Origin: an uncultured Verrucomicrobiae bacterium
GTDB lineage: Bacteria > Verrucomicrobiota > Verrucomicrobiia > Chthoniobacterales > JAFAMB01
DNA length: 64,000 nucleotides
Reading direction: 5' to 3'
Assembly (NCBI GenBank): GCA_963837955.1
Contig: CAWIPH010000002.1
Coordinates: 10,966 to 74,965 of the forward strand
The first letter of the stretch is position 1. The number at the start of each line of letters is the position of its first letter. Positions 63,003-64,000 of this stretch are shown here, one piece after another. The notes beneath the pieces were generated by a model. The model saw only the letters and a program-made list of their open reading frames with translations. It did not search any database and was not told where the DNA came from. Position numbers and translations under genes: made by a program.

Positions 63003-63623
63003 TCAATGGTTGAGGCTGTCCTTCACTCTTTGCAGGAAGTGATCCGTCGCTTCCGCAGACCGAAGGGTTTCAGCGGTTATTTGCTGATTAGACGTATTGT
63101 GGGAGCTCATCGGTTCGCTCTCTTTGACCGGTTCTCCCCACCAGCGGAAGACCCGATCGCTGTTGGTTGATTCGTCATGAACCACTCGCATGGCTCCCTG
63201 GTGGACGCCGATAAACGGCGAAACGTAAAAATCGGTGGGAGAATGCGCGAAGATAATCAGCCGCTGACCTATCTGCGGCTGAGGCGCACCCTGCACTTGC
63301 AGGTGTTCCCCTCCGACGGTACCGCCCAGGAAGTCCAGGGTGAATGGGGAGGAAACGTTGCCTTTGATCGCTAGTCCGTTAAGCGTCAGCGTGACGCGTG
63401 TGTGAATGGAACGGCCTTCCGCGCTGTAGGCGATATAGGATTGAGCGTTGGTAACCGTCACGTCGGCAATCACGTCCGCTTTCTGTGCGAGGTCAGGCAG
63501 ATCCAATGAGTTCACCGTTGTTGCCTGGGCAAATCCCATTGAGAGAACGAGTAACGTCGACAACAAACCGGCTGAAGCTAGGGAGCCAGCGAGAGGCCTA
63601 AACCTCCTGATAGAATCGATCAT
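63003..63623 (-). CDS. Secreted hypothetical protein
   Basis: It has the signal peptide ...LLSTLLVLSMGFAQA when started at the ATG at 63623 (the track start at 63689 is also possible). The remainder is beta-rich and no family was recognised. It lies directly upstream of the protease gene on the same strand. Confidence 0.45.
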   Translation of the reverse strand: MIDSIRRFRPLAGSLASAGLLSTLLVLSMGFAQATTVNSLDLPDLAQKADVIADVTVTNAQSYIAYSAEGRSIHTRVTLTLNGLAIKGNVSSPFTLDFLGGTVGGEHLQVQGAPQPQIGQRLIIFAHSPTDFYVSPFIGVHQGAMRVVHDESTNSDRVFRWWGEPVKESEPMSSHNTSNQQITAETLRSAEATDHFLQRVKDSLNH

Positions 63624-63839
63624 AGATGGCAAGCGTTTTCTAATCTGGGTTTGGAGATATTGGATGGGATCTCCTTGGAATTCAATCATTTCGAAAGATC
63701 GGCCGTGGTCTTCGACTAATTACCTTTTGACGATTTTCATTGATTGGGGTTACAACCAGCCATTAAATGAGCAAGTCGAGCGTTTCGGTGTCGGACCTCG
63801 TGCCAGTGGTTTAAATCATCGTGCAAATTGTTGACTGAA

Positions 63840-64000
63840 ATGAACACCCTCCAAAACCTGTCGGTAAAGATCTTCGCTGATGGCGCTGACCTGGATGGCA
63901 TGACCAGCCTCTACAAAAATCCGCTGATCCGGGGATTGACGACAAACCCAACCCTTATGAGAAAAGCTGGCATTCAGGACTACGAACTGTTTGCCAGGAA
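63840..64000 (+). CDS. Transaldolase-family protein, 5' partial (runs off the window)
   Basis: Hand translation from the ATG at 63840 gives MNTLQNLSVKIFADGADLDGMTSLYKNPLIRGLTTNPTLMRKAGIQDYELFAR. The TTNPtL block is typical of the transaldolase/Fsa family. Confidence 0.6.
   Translation, partial: MNTLQNLSVKIFADGADLDGMTSLYKNPLIRGLTTNPTLMRKAGIQDYELFAR

Noticed and set aside
1-64000. A search by eye for tRNA, rRNA, integrase/transposase, toxin-antitoxin or known defence-system genes
   Set aside because: I found no tRNA T-loop or acceptor pattern (GGTTCGAATCC-like). I found no recombinase or transposase motifs, and no nuclease, ATPase or helicase signatures typical of defence islands. Absence by eye is weak evidence and should be confirmed with tRNAscan-SE, ISEScan and DefenseFinder/PADLOC.

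Overview
This is a 64-kb bacterial chromosomal window; no rRNA, tRNA or CRISPR array was recognised and I cannot assign a taxon. Roughly 0-23 kb holds mixed accessory and housekeeping genes. These are a decayed secreted haem-c (CCP-like) gene, an EmrAB-type MFS efflux pair with a divergent LysR regulator, and a TetR-controlled oxidoreductase operon containing a tandem SDR duplication. They also include a BlaI/BlaR1-like pair whose M56 protease carries HEAT repeats, a Na/Pi cotransporter, and a translationally coupled Mg2+-acquisition operon (NRAMP of the Mg-type clade, small membrane protein, response regulator, histidine kinase, MgtA). From about 23.5 to 62.2 kb the window is one very large cell-surface glycan locus of the ABC-transporter-dependent type. 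It has at least 5 FkbM-type and 5 class-I SAM methyltransferases, 3 sulfotransferase-like genes, 4 recognisable glycosyltransferases, and a cupin/aminotransferase/TylM1-like methyltransferase trio. It also has two ABC-2 exporters, one of them Wzm/Wzt with an extended Wzt C-terminus, and three diverged paralogs of an uncharacterised ~390-aa family. Several genes in this locus are frameshifted or truncated. Part of the locus looks like a duplicated gene module in which one copy is decaying. Most longer intergenic spacers between about 10.6 and 38.7 kb are filled by repeat elements. One conspicuous family is built from short 7-9 bp tandem units arranged in nested inverted symmetry, some with ~25-bp terminal inverted repeats. 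In my view the best candidates for something new are the triplicated unknown family, the coiled-coil FkbM plus Wzt arrangement, and the modular repeat family. All functional calls rest on motif recognition by eye and need HMM or structure searches.
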